Of a DNA stretch of 64,000 nucleotides, positions 27,792 through 36,574 are shown piece after piece. The notes under the pieces were generated by a model. That model had not been told where the DNA came from, made no database searches, and was given only the letters and a program-made list of their open reading frames with translations. Each line of letters starts with the position of its first letter. The first letter of the stretch is position 1. The stretch is from a virus, in the IMG/VR virus record IMGVR_UViG_3300017991_000012, positions 1 through 64,000 of that record. One strand, written 5' to 3'. A program made the position numbers and the translations under genes.

Positions 27792-28307
27792 TCAGAACAG
27801 CCTTCCTTCTACCTTCCGCGGCGCCATGCCCATCATCTCCTCGTAGTCGTACTTCTCGCCCAGCGCCTGGCGGATCGACAGCGGCTCGCCCTCAGAGAAG
27901 CCCAGGCAGTGCTTGTTGTAGACGAACGCATACTTCTCGATCGTGATCTTGCCCTCGACGAACTCCCGGCCCTTCTGCGTGATACGCCAGTCGCCGCTGC
28001 CGACCTTCTTGCCGCCGACCAGATCAAACCGCTGTTCGATCAAATCCCAATAGCGGCTCTTGGCAAAGTCGCCCGCGCCTCTGGTGATCTGCAAGATCCG
28101 GTCGCTGCTCGCAACGTGCAGCCAGCCGATTCCTTCCTCATCGACCTTGTACATCTCGACCAGGAACTTGGCCATCGTCCGGTTGAACTTGCGTCGGTAT
28201 ACTTTCACGTTCTGCTTGCAAACGCAGCATATGCATCCATCTGGTTCACGTGCCTTCTCGCGGAGGATCTTCCTCGCCTCCGCGACTGTCATCAGATCCC
28301 AGTTCAT
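27792..28307 (-). CDS. winged-helix-like hypothetical protein
   Basis: C.CC.Q..K.Y.RK, RYW.LIE, G.WRIT..G.EF. Confidence 0.65.
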   Translation of the reverse strand: MNWDLMTVAEARKILREKAREPDGCICCVCKQNVKVYRRKFNRTMAKFLVEMYKVDEEGIGWLHVASSDRILQITRGAGDFAKSRYWDLIEQRFDLVGGKKVGSGDWRITQKGREFVEGKITIEKYAFVYNKHCLGFSEGEPLSIRQALGEKYDYEEMMGMAPRKVEGRLF

Positions 28308-28505
28308 CTCCCTGCCTCCATAGCCTCCGAATGAAGTTGATGATCATGGTCAAAAAAAGCACCGGCCACAACACCCCCGTGATTATGGCCAGCGCGTCCT
28401 GTCTGAACTTGTGCTCCTGGCACAGATCCTCGTCGCCTACAATCGCTCCTTGAGCTACGTGGATCATCCAGGCTGCTATCAGCAGATAGGCCACAACTAC
28501 CAGGC

Positions 28506-29522
28506 TCATTTCGCCGTCGCAGCCTCCTTCTCGTCGATCAGATTCAGGTACGTCGTGTAAACCGTTGACGCAGCAGCACTATCGCCAGGATGTAGCTCGT
28601 CCCAGCTATCAAATCCGCACCTGTTCAGCGCCTCGATCACCATATCCGCGTTGTTCCTGCCGGCCTTTACCAGCCGCTGATAGGCCTCAGAAGGCTCCTG
28701 TGTGGCCTCGAACAGCGTGCCGTTGGATTCGGTATCCTCAGCCGCTTTCTTTGCAGTAGCGTCCTCTGGTGCGCCTCCTGTGGGCTTCTGGAAGGTATCC
28801 GGTCCCTTCGGTTGCGTGCCGCTGTCTGGCAACTGTGTCGTTTCGACAATCCTGGCCTCTCCCAGGTCCTCGATCTCACCATCCTGCTGTGGCATTCTGC
28901 CGTTGGTCACGATCTCCAGGATCTCGGCGCCCATCTTGCGCTTGGCCTTGGCTCTCACCGCGTCCGGACCCATCCTGCGGTTGACTACGATCTGGAACGT
29001 GCGCTCTACCTTGCGCATCTCGCCATTGAATGAGAACTTGGCCCTGACCTGGACCGTCGCCTCGCGCTCGCCCGTGATCTTGTACGGCAAGACCTCCATC
29101 TCGTACGCGTCCATCTTCGGCAAGCGCTTCAGCTGGCTCTTCACCCCGTTCTTCGTCTTATACAGCTGCCCGCTGATGATATTGAAGTGGTTGCCGCAGA
29201 TCGGCAAGCCCTGCATCGTGGCATCGATCAACACGTGCTTGACCACCGGCCACGGATACCCGCCCTCGTCGTCCTTGTCTGTCTTGAACCCCAGCGTGTG
29301 ACCCTGCAGCCACATCACCGCATCCTTGATCTGAGGCGTGTCAATCAGCTCCGTCAGGGCCTTGATCGCCTCGCCCGTGCGTTGCATGTCGCTGAACGCG
29401 CCCACCAGATCCTCGCTAACCAAGCCGTTCAAGTAGTTCTCGCTGATCTCGGTCGCGATCTTGTCCAGCTCCATCAGCCGCTGCTCTCGCGTCATTACCT
29501 CCTGCTTTTCCTTTTTGGCCAT
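28506..29522 (-). CDS. putative single-strand annealing recombinase
   Basis: Follows the exonuclease gene; GL......F.II.G.LY pattern and acidic C-terminal tail. Confidence 0.5.
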   Translation of the reverse strand: MAKKEKQEVMTREQRLMELDKIATEISENYLNGLVSEDLVGAFSDMQRTGEAIKALTELIDTPQIKDAVMWLQGHTLGFKTDKDDEGGYPWPVVKHVLIDATMQGLPICGNHFNIISGQLYKTKNGVKSQLKRLPKMDAYEMEVLPYKITGEREATVQVRAKFSFNGEMRKVERTFQIVVNRRMGPDAVRAKAKRKMGAEILEIVTNGRMPQQDGEIEDLGEARIVETTQLPDSGTQPKGPDTFQKPTGGAPEDATAKKAAEDTESNGTLFEATQEPSEAYQRLVKAGRNNADMVIEALNRCGFDSWDELHPGDSAAASTVYTTYLNLIDEKEAATAK

Positions 29523-29569
29523 CGTTGGCTCCTCCCTACACAAAAAAAGTCCTCTTGCCGGATATTGTG

Positions 29570-29601
29570 AGTCTATCAGATGTCCTTCTCTTTGTCAAGT
29601 G
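29570..29601 (-). promoter_or_regulatory. promoter
   Basis: CACTTGACA-17-TAGACT. Confidence 0.75.
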
Positions 29602-29608
29602 ATTTCGT

Positions 29609-30571
29609 CTACTCCCAGACCAATTCTCTCCTCACCAGCGTTTCGTCCACCTCCTTCTGCGCATCCTCGCATTGTCCAGGCCAACAGATCGGCTCGAACG
29701 GACACGGCTCGTTGTACATCCCCTGGCATGCGGTCGGGTTCTTCGGCCACTCGCCCGCTTCTTCGTACGATCTGAACAGCCTCACGGCCTGGACGATGAT
29801 CTCGAAGATGTAGTCGAATCGGATCGGTCTGAACCTGACCTCACCCGCGTCCTTGGCCACGCCCTTGACCGTCAGCAGCTTCGGCAGCTGAAAGCAGCCG
29901 ATGTCGTTCACATCATCCCCGCCCAACGCAGCCCACAGATATCGGTAGAACGACAGCTGCGTGTTGTACATCGTCATCTTGGCCTTGTTCGCATCTGCCT
30001 TGCCGGTCTTGATATCGCGCAGGCACAGATGCTCATCCTCGGCCCTGACCAGCAGATCCATCCTGCCTCTCATGCAGAAATTCAGATCGGCTATCTCCTG
30101 TTCGGAAATCTCCAGCCTCTCCGGGTTCGGATTCTGCGGATCGGCCTTGAGCCTGAATTCGCACTCGATCACGCTCTCAGACGGATACCGCTTCTCCTGC
30201 CAGACCTCCATCTGCGCCTGTGCTATCCTCGGCAGCCTGTCCTTCTCCTTCTCCGGCACCTCGACCGGCTCCTGCTCGCCTGTCGCAGGATCGATCGTCG
30301 CCTCCGTCTCCACCATCTGCCTTACCTCAGCCACCGCCAGCGCCGGATCCACATCGCCTTCGGCCGGCACCTTGTTCCCGTCCTTGTCCCTCTTGCTGTA
30401 CGGTCTTTCAGCATGCTTGTGGATGATCGATCCGAACGGGAAATAATGCGGCGTCTTGCGCTTGCGCCAGCCGTCCGCGTACAGCTTGCATTTCATCGGG
30501 CACTCGTGTACGTTCATCACACGGACTCCGCTCCCTCCAGTAGGACTCACATACAGCTTCTTCAACTCCAT
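29609..30571 (-). CDS. PD-(D/E)xK Cas4/RecB-like exonuclease
   Basis: CP, FGSIIH, GRMDLL, DIKTG, QL.FY, C-terminal Cys cluster. Confidence 0.85.
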   Translation of the reverse strand: MELKKLYVSPTGGSGVRVMNVHECPMKCKLYADGWRKRKTPHYFPFGSIIHKHAERPYSKRDKDGNKVPAEGDVDPALAVAEVRQMVETEATIDPATGEQEPVEVPEKEKDRLPRIAQAQMEVWQEKRYPSESVIECEFRLKADPQNPNPERLEISEQEIADLNFCMRGRMDLLVRAEDEHLCLRDIKTGKADANKAKMTMYNTQLSFYRYLWAALGGDDVNDIGCFQLPKLLTVKGVAKDAGEVRFRPIRFDYIFEIIVQAVRLFRSYEEAGEWPKNPTACQGMYNEPCPFEPICWPGQCEDAQKEVDETLVRRELVWE

Positions 30572-30598
30572 CCGATTCTCCTTGAGAAATCATGAGAC

Positions 30599-30649
30599 AA
30601 AAAAAGGGCAGGTCTGATCAAGATGTTCGCCCGGTTGCCAGACCTGCCC
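30599..30649 (-). terminator. intrinsic terminator with long loop
   Basis: GGGCAGGTCTG/CAGACCTGCCC stem followed by T7. Confidence 0.75.
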
Positions 30650-30654
30650 AGCGG

Positions 30655-30855
30655 CTACCCCTCCACACCGCCCTTCGGTGGAGGACCCTTTTCTTCCGCG
30701 ATCAATACCAGCCTGCTCTTGCTTCCGCTGTCGCTGAACTCCTGCTCCAGCTTGGCCGATGCAATCGGCACGGCCTTGCCCCCGACAAGGACAAACATCT
30801 CAAGCCCGCCCGTCTCCTTGCCCCTTGCCAACGTTTTCAGCTGCTTGACCTGCAT
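30655..30855 (-). CDS. hypothetical protein
   Basis: GGAGG RBS; MQVKQL start. Confidence 0.55.
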   Translation of the reverse strand: MQVKQLKTLARGKETGGLEMFVLVGGKAVPIASAKLEQEFSDSGSKSRLVLIAEEKGPPPKGGVEG

Positions 30856-31130
30856 TTTGCCCTCCATTCTTTGACGACATTGAAAAGCTCGATTCCCATA
30901 CCAGCCTGGCACCCTCTTCTCGCCAGCCTCTTTGTCGCAAACACTGCGAACGCCTGCGGTACGAAATGCCTCACGCTCCGCAGTTCGCCAACCTCGATAC
31001 TGCGTACGACACCTGCCATGATGCCACTCACCAGCCAGTCGCTCATCGCCTGCCGGCTCACGCCAAGCATGCTGGAGAATTGGGACAGGCTGATGCAGTC
31101 CTGGCCTTCGATCTGTCGTGGATTTGTCAT
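30837..31130 (-). CDS. HTH DNA-binding protein (excisionase/Cro-like), probably leaderless
   Basis: ISLSQFSSMLGVSRQAMSDWL..G; ATG lies 7 nt after the -10 box. Confidence 0.7.
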   Translation of the reverse strand: MTNPRQIEGQDCISLSQFSSMLGVSRQAMSDWLVSGIMAGVVRSIEVGELRSVRHFVPQAFAVFATKRLARRGCQAGMGIELFNVVKEWRAKCRSSS

Positions 31131-31137
31131 GAACACT

Positions 31138-31169
31138 ACCATACACCCCTGGTCCCCGTTTGTCAAGTG
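31138..31169 (-). promoter_or_regulatory. promoter
   Basis: CACTTGACA-17-TATGGT. Confidence 0.75.
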
Positions 31170-31521
31170 AGTTGTGTTGACAAAGTCGGCCTCAACATAT
31201 CGTCCCTGACCAAACCACTGCTGAAAGCGCCAGTCCATTACCCTTCGTGGCACACCTGCCGCGCCTGGTCCATCCAAGGCTCTGCAAAGCATCCTCATCC
31301 CGCCTGGCGCATCCCGTCGTGTCATACTATTCCACTGCGGGCCATGTCGCACTTAGCCACTGCGGATCACACCTGGCCTACCCAATCAAACAGCATCACC
31401 CCACTTCTTTCCTCGGTGGCATCTTTTCTCCTTTGCCGGAAAACAAAACAATCGAGTAGTACCACAGTCACCGCTCAATTCATTGGCCCTCCTTCCGAAC
31501 GATGTTGCTACTCGTTCACAC

Positions 31522-31654
31522 AAAAAAGCCGGAGATGGTCTTGGTCACTCAGGAGACCCGCTATGTGTAGCAGGTTTTGATATGACTTCCGACCCTCGCG
31601 GGTTACGGCATCTCCGGCAAGATTCTCAGCGCTTCCTCCTGATCAGTGCAAGAC
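31522..31654 (-). ncRNA. putative antisense regulatory small RNA (C4/CI-like architecture)
   Basis: Own promoter; 10-bp closing stem followed by U6; two internal hairpins; loop complementary to early leaders. Confidence 0.75.
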
Positions 31655-31692
31655 AACACTATTCTACTCCGCAGTCTCCACTTTGTCAAGTG
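31654..31692 (-). promoter_or_regulatory. promoter of the small RNA
   Basis: CACTTGACA-17-TAGAAT-6-GTCTTG. Confidence 0.85.
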
Positions 31693-31696
31693 AAAT

Positions 31697-31963
31697 TCAC
31701 GCTAGATCGTAGAAAGTCGAAACCCCGACCTTGAACACCGCGCACAGTCCAGCCAGCACATCGCCACGCGGCTGAACCCGCCTGCCGTTCAGTAACTCGC
31801 GGATCACGTACGGCCCGCACATAACGCCCCTCATCCCCAGCTCCTTCGCCAGGTCATACGCATCCAGCTTGTGTCTGCGCATCAGCGCCTCCAGCTTCTG
31901 CCGCTTGAACGGCGTCACCTGCGCCATGCGCTTCATCGTGCCCTTTGTCGATTTCTTTGCCAT
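31697..31963 (-). CDS. XRE-family HTH regulator
   Basis: L..LM....L...DLAKELG...I..L.NG...P....L..L...F.V....F. Confidence 0.75.
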   Translation of the reverse strand: MAKKSTKGTMKRMAQVTPFKRQKLEALMRRHKLDAYDLAKELGMRGVMCGPYVIRELLNGRRVQPRGDVLAGLCAVFKVGVSTFYDLA

Positions 31964-32036
31964 CGTCACTCCTCGCCTGCCGGTCCATACCATATCCAAT
32001 CGGACCTGTCCTAGTCACTCCTTGACCCGCCTGCCG

Positions 32037-32324
32037 TTACTCTCTCTTCGACTTGCCGATCTCGATGTTCACGCCCTGTCTGGCTCTGATGCTTGTGGCG
32101 ATCATCGACTCATCGGCTTCTGTCGAGAACGCCGGGCAGTCGCCTTCCATCCACAGCGGATCAAACGACTGCGGAAAAGCGAACTGGCCCTGTACCTTTC
32201 CTCGTGCCGTGCTCTTTGGCATCTGGTGCTCGCTCTTGTCCCAGTCGTAGACACACGTGATGTTGATGTCGTTCTCGATCTCACGCCTGTACGCACACCT
32301 CGGACACTTCGGGTTCTCCTGCAT
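32037..32324 (-). CDS. Cys-containing hypothetical protein
   Basis: C.RC.YRR.I, F.FP..FDP.W...C. Confidence 0.6.
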   Translation of the reverse strand: MQENPKCPRCAYRREIENDINITCVYDWDKSEHQMPKSTARGKVQGQFAFPQSFDPLWMEGDCPAFSTEADESMIATSIRARQGVNIEIGKSKRE

Positions 32325-32335
32325 CTGGTGCCTTT

Positions 32336-33370
32336 CTAGTCGTTCACCGCCCTCAAGATCAGCTCGTACTCGCGATCGTCCAATGCGAATTCAGACACCT
32401 GCTCCTTTCCAAACAGCTTGCAGACCATGTCCCAGTTGTGCCCGCCTTTGCCAGGCCTCATCGACAGTCCACGGCTTTGTTCCTCCTTCAGCTTCCGTTC
32501 GGCCTCGATCCTGGCCTGCTTCTCTGCCACGGCCTTGGCCTCAGCCTCTTCCTTGGCCCTGGTCTCTGCCTCTGCCTTTCGACGTTCCTCGGCCTGCTTC
32601 TGCTCTAGCAACTCACGCTCAGCCGCTTCCTTCGCCTTGCGTTCGGCCTCGATCTTCGCCTCAGCCTCTTGGCGAATCTTGCGCTCAGCCTCCTCTTTCG
32701 CCCTGCGCTCGGCTTCGATCTTGGCCTCTGCCTCTTCCCTGGCCTTGCGCTCCTGCTCCAGCTTCTCCCGCGCAGCCGCAAGCTCAGCCTGCTCCTTCTC
32801 GCGATCGAAGACTCTCACCAGCGCCCGGCCGATCTTCTGTACCGCCTGCGCCTTGATCGCCTCCGCATGCTCGGTAAATTCCGCAAAGTGCTCCTTCGTC
32901 ACCTCTCTGGCGGTTACCTCTTCCAGCACCTGGCGGATCTGCTCCGACTTCATATCCTCCAGATCCAACGCCGCGTCGTTCATCTCCTGGATCCTGGCCT
33001 TGATTCCTTCGACTCGCTCGCGTTCGATCCGCTCCTTTTCCGCCTTCTCAGCAGCCTTCCTGTCATCCACCTCCTTCTTCGTCGCCTTCAGCGGCTGCTC
33101 GATCGACAGCAGCTCGGCCGTGATCCTCTTGGCCTCTGCATCAACTCTGCGGCCCCACTCCAGCGCATCGGCCTTCAGCGCCTTGCGCATCTTCTCCACG
33201 CCCGTCCTGAGCGTCACGACCTCGCCAATCGCCTTGCGCACGTGATCGTAGCCCTCCCTGTCGCTGATCGTCAGGCCCGTGTACCGCTCCTTCAGATCCG
33301 CGATCGTCGCGTCCGTCACATCGTACTTCACAACTGCCGTCATCTTCTCGCCCGTTACCTCACTCATCAT
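32336..33370 (-). CDS. long coiled-coil phage protein
   Basis: E/K/A/R-rich heptads and internal EAEAKIEAER repeats. Confidence 0.75.
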   Translation of the reverse strand: MMSEVTGEKMTAVVKYDVTDATIADLKERYTGLTISDREGYDHVRKAIGEVVTLRTGVEKMRKALKADALEWGRRVDAEAKRITAELLSIEQPLKATKKEVDDRKAAEKAEKERIERERVEGIKARIQEMNDAALDLEDMKSEQIRQVLEEVTAREVTKEHFAEFTEHAEAIKAQAVQKIGRALVRVFDREKEQAELAAAREKLEQERKAREEAEAKIEAERRAKEEAERKIRQEAEAKIEAERKAKEAAERELLEQKQAEERRKAEAETRAKEEAEAKAVAEKQARIEAERKLKEEQSRGLSMRPGKGGHNWDMVCKLFGKEQVSEFALDDREYELILRAVND

Positions 33371-33487
33371 CTCCTCCTTTGCCGAAGGCTTGGGGCGCGG
33401 CCCGGATTTCATCGCTACGGGACCGGCTGGTTACGGCGATTGCTCTATCCGTACGGCGCCCGAACGCCGCCGCGCCCTTGGCCAAAT

Positions 33488-34537
33488 CTATGCCTGGACC
33501 TCCTCGGCCGTCGCCAGCCTCTCGATCGTTCGCTGGTTCGCATACAGCAGTTGGCCACCCAACTTCTCCAGCTCATACCTGTTCTCAGCCTTCTCTTCCT
33601 TCTGGGCCGCGTTCGTCACGGCATTGACCATGCCGTAGAGGCTCAGTTCGCTCTCGGCACCAAAGGCGATGAACAGGTTGTCCTTCTGCGCCTCGCTCAG
33701 TTTGTACTCGCGCACGAGGTTGTTGAGGAACACCCCCGCGTCCGGTATCTGGAAGTTGCCGCTCTGCTCGATCTTCTTCGCGATCTCGCCAAAGCTCTCG
33801 AACAGGCCCTTGACCGCCTGCTGCAGCGCGTTGTACAGATTCGCATCATCGCTGAGCGTGCCGCTGCCCATGTGGTATGCCTTCACCGCCTGCTGCTCGA
33901 TCACAAGCCCGTTGCTGCATACCTGACGGTAGATCCTGGGCAGCACCTGCGTGCTGCTGTGGCCGGTCTCGCTATTCTTCAGCAGCATGCCGCCAAAGAA
34001 ATCGTCGCCAACACGCATCCGGCCTTTCAGTTCATTGAACCTGCAGCTGACGAACATCTGTCGCTCTGTCAGATCCGCTCGCTCAAACACCAGGCCCTTG
34101 TCCTGGTGTCGATCCAGTTCGGCGCCGACGCAGTTGATCACGTCCAGGTTGTCGATCACGCGATAGCGATCGCTCAACAGCGCCCTGGCCTTGTCATCCA
34201 TCGTTCGCAGCAAGTACTTCTTCTCCGGCTGCGCCGCGAACAGCGTATTGCACGTCGTCTGCCACAGATCCGGATGGTCGCCCAAGATCCTGTTGTAGAA
34301 CTTGCGCGGAACATCAAGCCTGTCGGCTATCTGCTCGTGGCAGCCATCTCCGATCTCGTTCAAGATCGTCCCGCCATTCCACTCGTTCACTACTTTTCCG
34401 TCCTTGACCTCCTCTCCTCGCGCAAATGAGATGCACGGCCCGTCCGAAGCATCCCTGACCATCATGCCGCTGGCCTTGTAGTCCACTTTCAACTCGTGTT
34501 GCCTCTGCAATTCACAAATCAGCCCTTGGAAATCCAT
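33488..34537 (-). CDS. DUF932-family protein
   Basis: RALLSDRY..IDN, NSETG.SS, R.VCSNGL, YG.VNAVT..AQ. Confidence 0.85.
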   Translation of the reverse strand: MDFQGLICELQRQHELKVDYKASGMMVRDASDGPCISFARGEEVKDGKVVNEWNGGTILNEIGDGCHEQIADRLDVPRKFYNRILGDHPDLWQTTCNTLFAAQPEKKYLLRTMDDKARALLSDRYRVIDNLDVINCVGAELDRHQDKGLVFERADLTERQMFVSCRFNELKGRMRVGDDFFGGMLLKNSETGHSSTQVLPRIYRQVCSNGLVIEQQAVKAYHMGSGTLSDDANLYNALQQAVKGLFESFGEIAKKIEQSGNFQIPDAGVFLNNLVREYKLSEAQKDNLFIAFGAESELSLYGMVNAVTNAAQKEEKAENRYELEKLGGQLLYANQRTIERLATAEEVQA

Positions 34538-34778
34538 GGCTTCCTCCTCCTGACTTTGCGTAATGTTCACGCGACCAAGACTTTCTGGGCATCTCCCTCG
34601 GATACCCTCACAATCTTCATGTGCTCGCGGCAGATGTGCCTGCGAATCGCCCGTTCGCCGCCAAGACGTACGGCCTGCGTCAGGTCCTGTTTGCACACCT
34701 CACAGCGTACTGTGATCGTGCTCATGTTCGGCCCACCAACCTCGACGCTGATCATCATCACTCCTCCGATCTGGTTGA

Positions 34779-34810
34779 ATCCTACCCCACCGCCTCCGGT
34801 TTGTCAAGTG
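34779..34810 (-). promoter_or_regulatory. promoter
   Basis: CACTTGACA-17-TAGGAT. Confidence 0.75.
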
Positions 34811-34835
34811 AAATTCGCCTCGTTTTGCGCGGAAT

Positions 34836-35105
34836 TTACGGTCCCGCTGGCCCAGCCCTGTATCCTATACTGTACACCTGCACGCTCTCCGTTCCTTCGC
34901 GCACAACTCTAAGCTCAACCGCAGCATAGAATTCCACCGCCGCCTTGTACAGATCCAGCCTGTCCTTCGCCACGCACCTGTTGATCGGCGCCTTCCAATC
35001 CTCCGGATCGCAGATCTCGTCAAACGCGCTCTGCAGCTCCACCAGGTCGAATCCCTTGTACGTGCCGGTCGTCATGATATCCAGCACCGTCTCTGCGCTG
35101 TTCAT
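34836..35105 (-). CDS. hypothetical protein
   Basis: AGGAGGAGG RBS; AF....P.DWK.PI...GY.AG. Confidence 0.65.
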   Translation of the reverse strand: MNSAETVLDIMTTGTYKGFDLVELQSAFDEICDPEDWKAPINRCVAKDRLDLYKAAVEFYAAVELRVVREGTESVQVYSIGYRAGPAGP

Positions 35106-35476
35106 CGTCCTCCTCCTACCAGGTCCGGGAACCGCTCCGCGAACCAATCCTTGTACGGCTTCTGATTCTGTGCGATCGCCATCTCGATGCACAGATCGCC
35201 GTCGGCGTTCTTCCAGAACTCGTCGGCCTCGTACTTCGTCGCGCCGCAGAAAAACAGTACCTCTGCCTCTGGGTCCATGTCCTCGATCATCTTCTGCAGC
35301 TGTCCGATGTTCATCACTCGTCCTCCTTCACACACGATTTTCGCCTCCGGATAAGCAGCGTTCGCCTCTGCCAACGATTCGAACTCTGCCTCCACGTCTT
35401 CAAACATGCATATCGTTCCGCACCTGTCGATGTACAGCTTCTCGTCTCGCACATCGCGAATCACGAAATACGTCAT
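35102..35476 (-). CDS. hypothetical protein
   Basis: ATGA overlaps with neighbours. Confidence 0.55.
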   Translation of the reverse strand: MTYFVIRDVRDEKLYIDRCGTICMFEDVEAEFESLAEANAAYPEAKIVCEGGRVMNIGQLQKMIEDMDPEAEVLFFCGATKYEADEFWKNADGDLCIEMAIAQNQKPYKDWFAERFPDLVGGGR

Positions 35477-35826
35477 TTCTCGTCCTCCGCCAGCTTGGCT
35501 CGAATCGCCTCATCGTACGCTCTGGCCTGGAACCCTCTGCCCAGGCACCCACGGGCCTCTGCGCCTACCACGCTGCATAGCGCACCAAGCACATCCAGGC
35601 CATAGACGCCCATGCACTTCCAGATGATCTGGCCGTCGTTACCGAACAGCGTGCCCTTGGCCGATCCGTCAGATTCGACCACGTGCGCCACCTTCTTCAC
35701 CGCCTCCTTCGGCCAGATTCGAAGAAACGCCTCTGGCTTCCAGACCGTGTGACCATCACCCTTGATCAGATCACACGCTGCCAAGATCTCGTCCCTCGTC
35801 AGCTTCTCCAACGGGTTACTCATCAC
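35473..35826 (-). CDS. hypothetical protein
   Basis: ATGA overlaps; RBS. Confidence 0.6.
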   Translation of the reverse strand: MMSNPLEKLTRDEILAACDLIKGDGHTVWKPEAFLRIWPKEAVKKVAHVVESDGSAKGTLFGNDGQIIWKCMGVYGLDVLGALCSVVGAEARGCLGRGFQARAYDEAIRAKLAEDEK

Positions 35827-36029
35827 TCGTCCTCCTTCACAAGATCACTCGGCCTTACCCAGCGCTCGGCCTGATCTCCAGGCCCGAACTCGACTATCCA
35901 CTTCTCCCAGCCTTCGTAATGCGGAAACTCGTGCGTCGACAGCTTCTTGACCAATTTCGCCTGGCCTTCCAGCACGTCCTTGCCTCTGCAGTTCTGGTTC
36001 CAGATCTGGAACAGATCGCCCTTCTTCAT
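35823..36029 (-). CDS. small SH3-like hypothetical protein
   Basis: MKKGD start; RBS. Confidence 0.55.
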   Translation of the reverse strand: MKKGDLFQIWNQNCRGKDVLEGQAKLVKKLSTHEFPHYEGWEKWIVEFGPGDQAERWVRPSDLVKEDE

Positions 36030-36240
36030 CGTCTACCCTCCAAACGTCTCCCGCAACACGTCGACCGCGGCTTGCTTGCACACACACTCTTTCACCAATC
36101 CGCGGTTCGGTCCCAGCGCTCGGTAGGCCGTCTCCTTCGTGGCCCAGCCTCGCACTCCGTCTGCGCTGATCTGCGTGTACTCGAACTCCTCCACGTATCC
36201 GATCAGCTTGCCGTTCTCTCTCACGACCATCCTCGTCCTC

Positions 36241-36489
36241 CTATACAAGGTTATGCCCACGAACCGGATCATGCGCGTCCCGCTCGTACTCGGCCTCGTC
36301 AACCATCCAGTCATTTGCCGCCTGGAACCACTCTTGGTACAAGAACTCTCGCTCCTTGGTCGTGACCTCGACCTCGTTGCCATCCTCGTCCTGGATCGAA
36401 TCGATCTCAGGCTCGTCGTCCCACGTGCCGAACACCCACAGTTCTGTTCCGTCTGGCATCTCAATTTGCGTGTCGAATTTGCGGCTCAT
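36241..36489 (-). CDS. highly acidic small protein, first gene of an early operon
   Basis: D/E-rich; AGGAG RBS in the conserved leader. Confidence 0.65.
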   Translation of the reverse strand: MSRKFDTQIEMPDGTELWVFGTWDDEPEIDSIQDEDGNEVEVTTKEREFLYQEWFQAANDWMVDEAEYERDAHDPVRGHNLV

Positions 36490-36510
36490 AGCTTCTCCTT
36501 TTAACCAAGA

Positions 36511-36548
36511 CATATGGAGTATACCACACATGCCTGGTTTGTCAAGTG
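36511..36548 (-). promoter_or_regulatory. early promoter with GTCTTGG leader
   Basis: CACTTGACA-16-TATACT-6-GTCTTGGT. Confidence 0.85.
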
Positions 36549-36574
36549 AAAAAGCGTTTTTTTCGTCTTTCGTC

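Noticed and set aside
29609-30571. cas4 as evidence of CRISPR-Cas
   Set aside because: A solo exonuclease next to a putative annealing protein is a normal phage recombination module
31571-31579. CAGGTTTTG shared between the sRNA and array unit junctions
   Set aside because: Only 9 nt, in the same orientation, with no evidence that the array is transcribed; too weak to link them
33410-33450. Twister ribozyme (UAAC..GCCGGUCCC..AGC resemblance)
   Set aside because: The GAGGG pseudoknot partner and the P2 pairing could not be found
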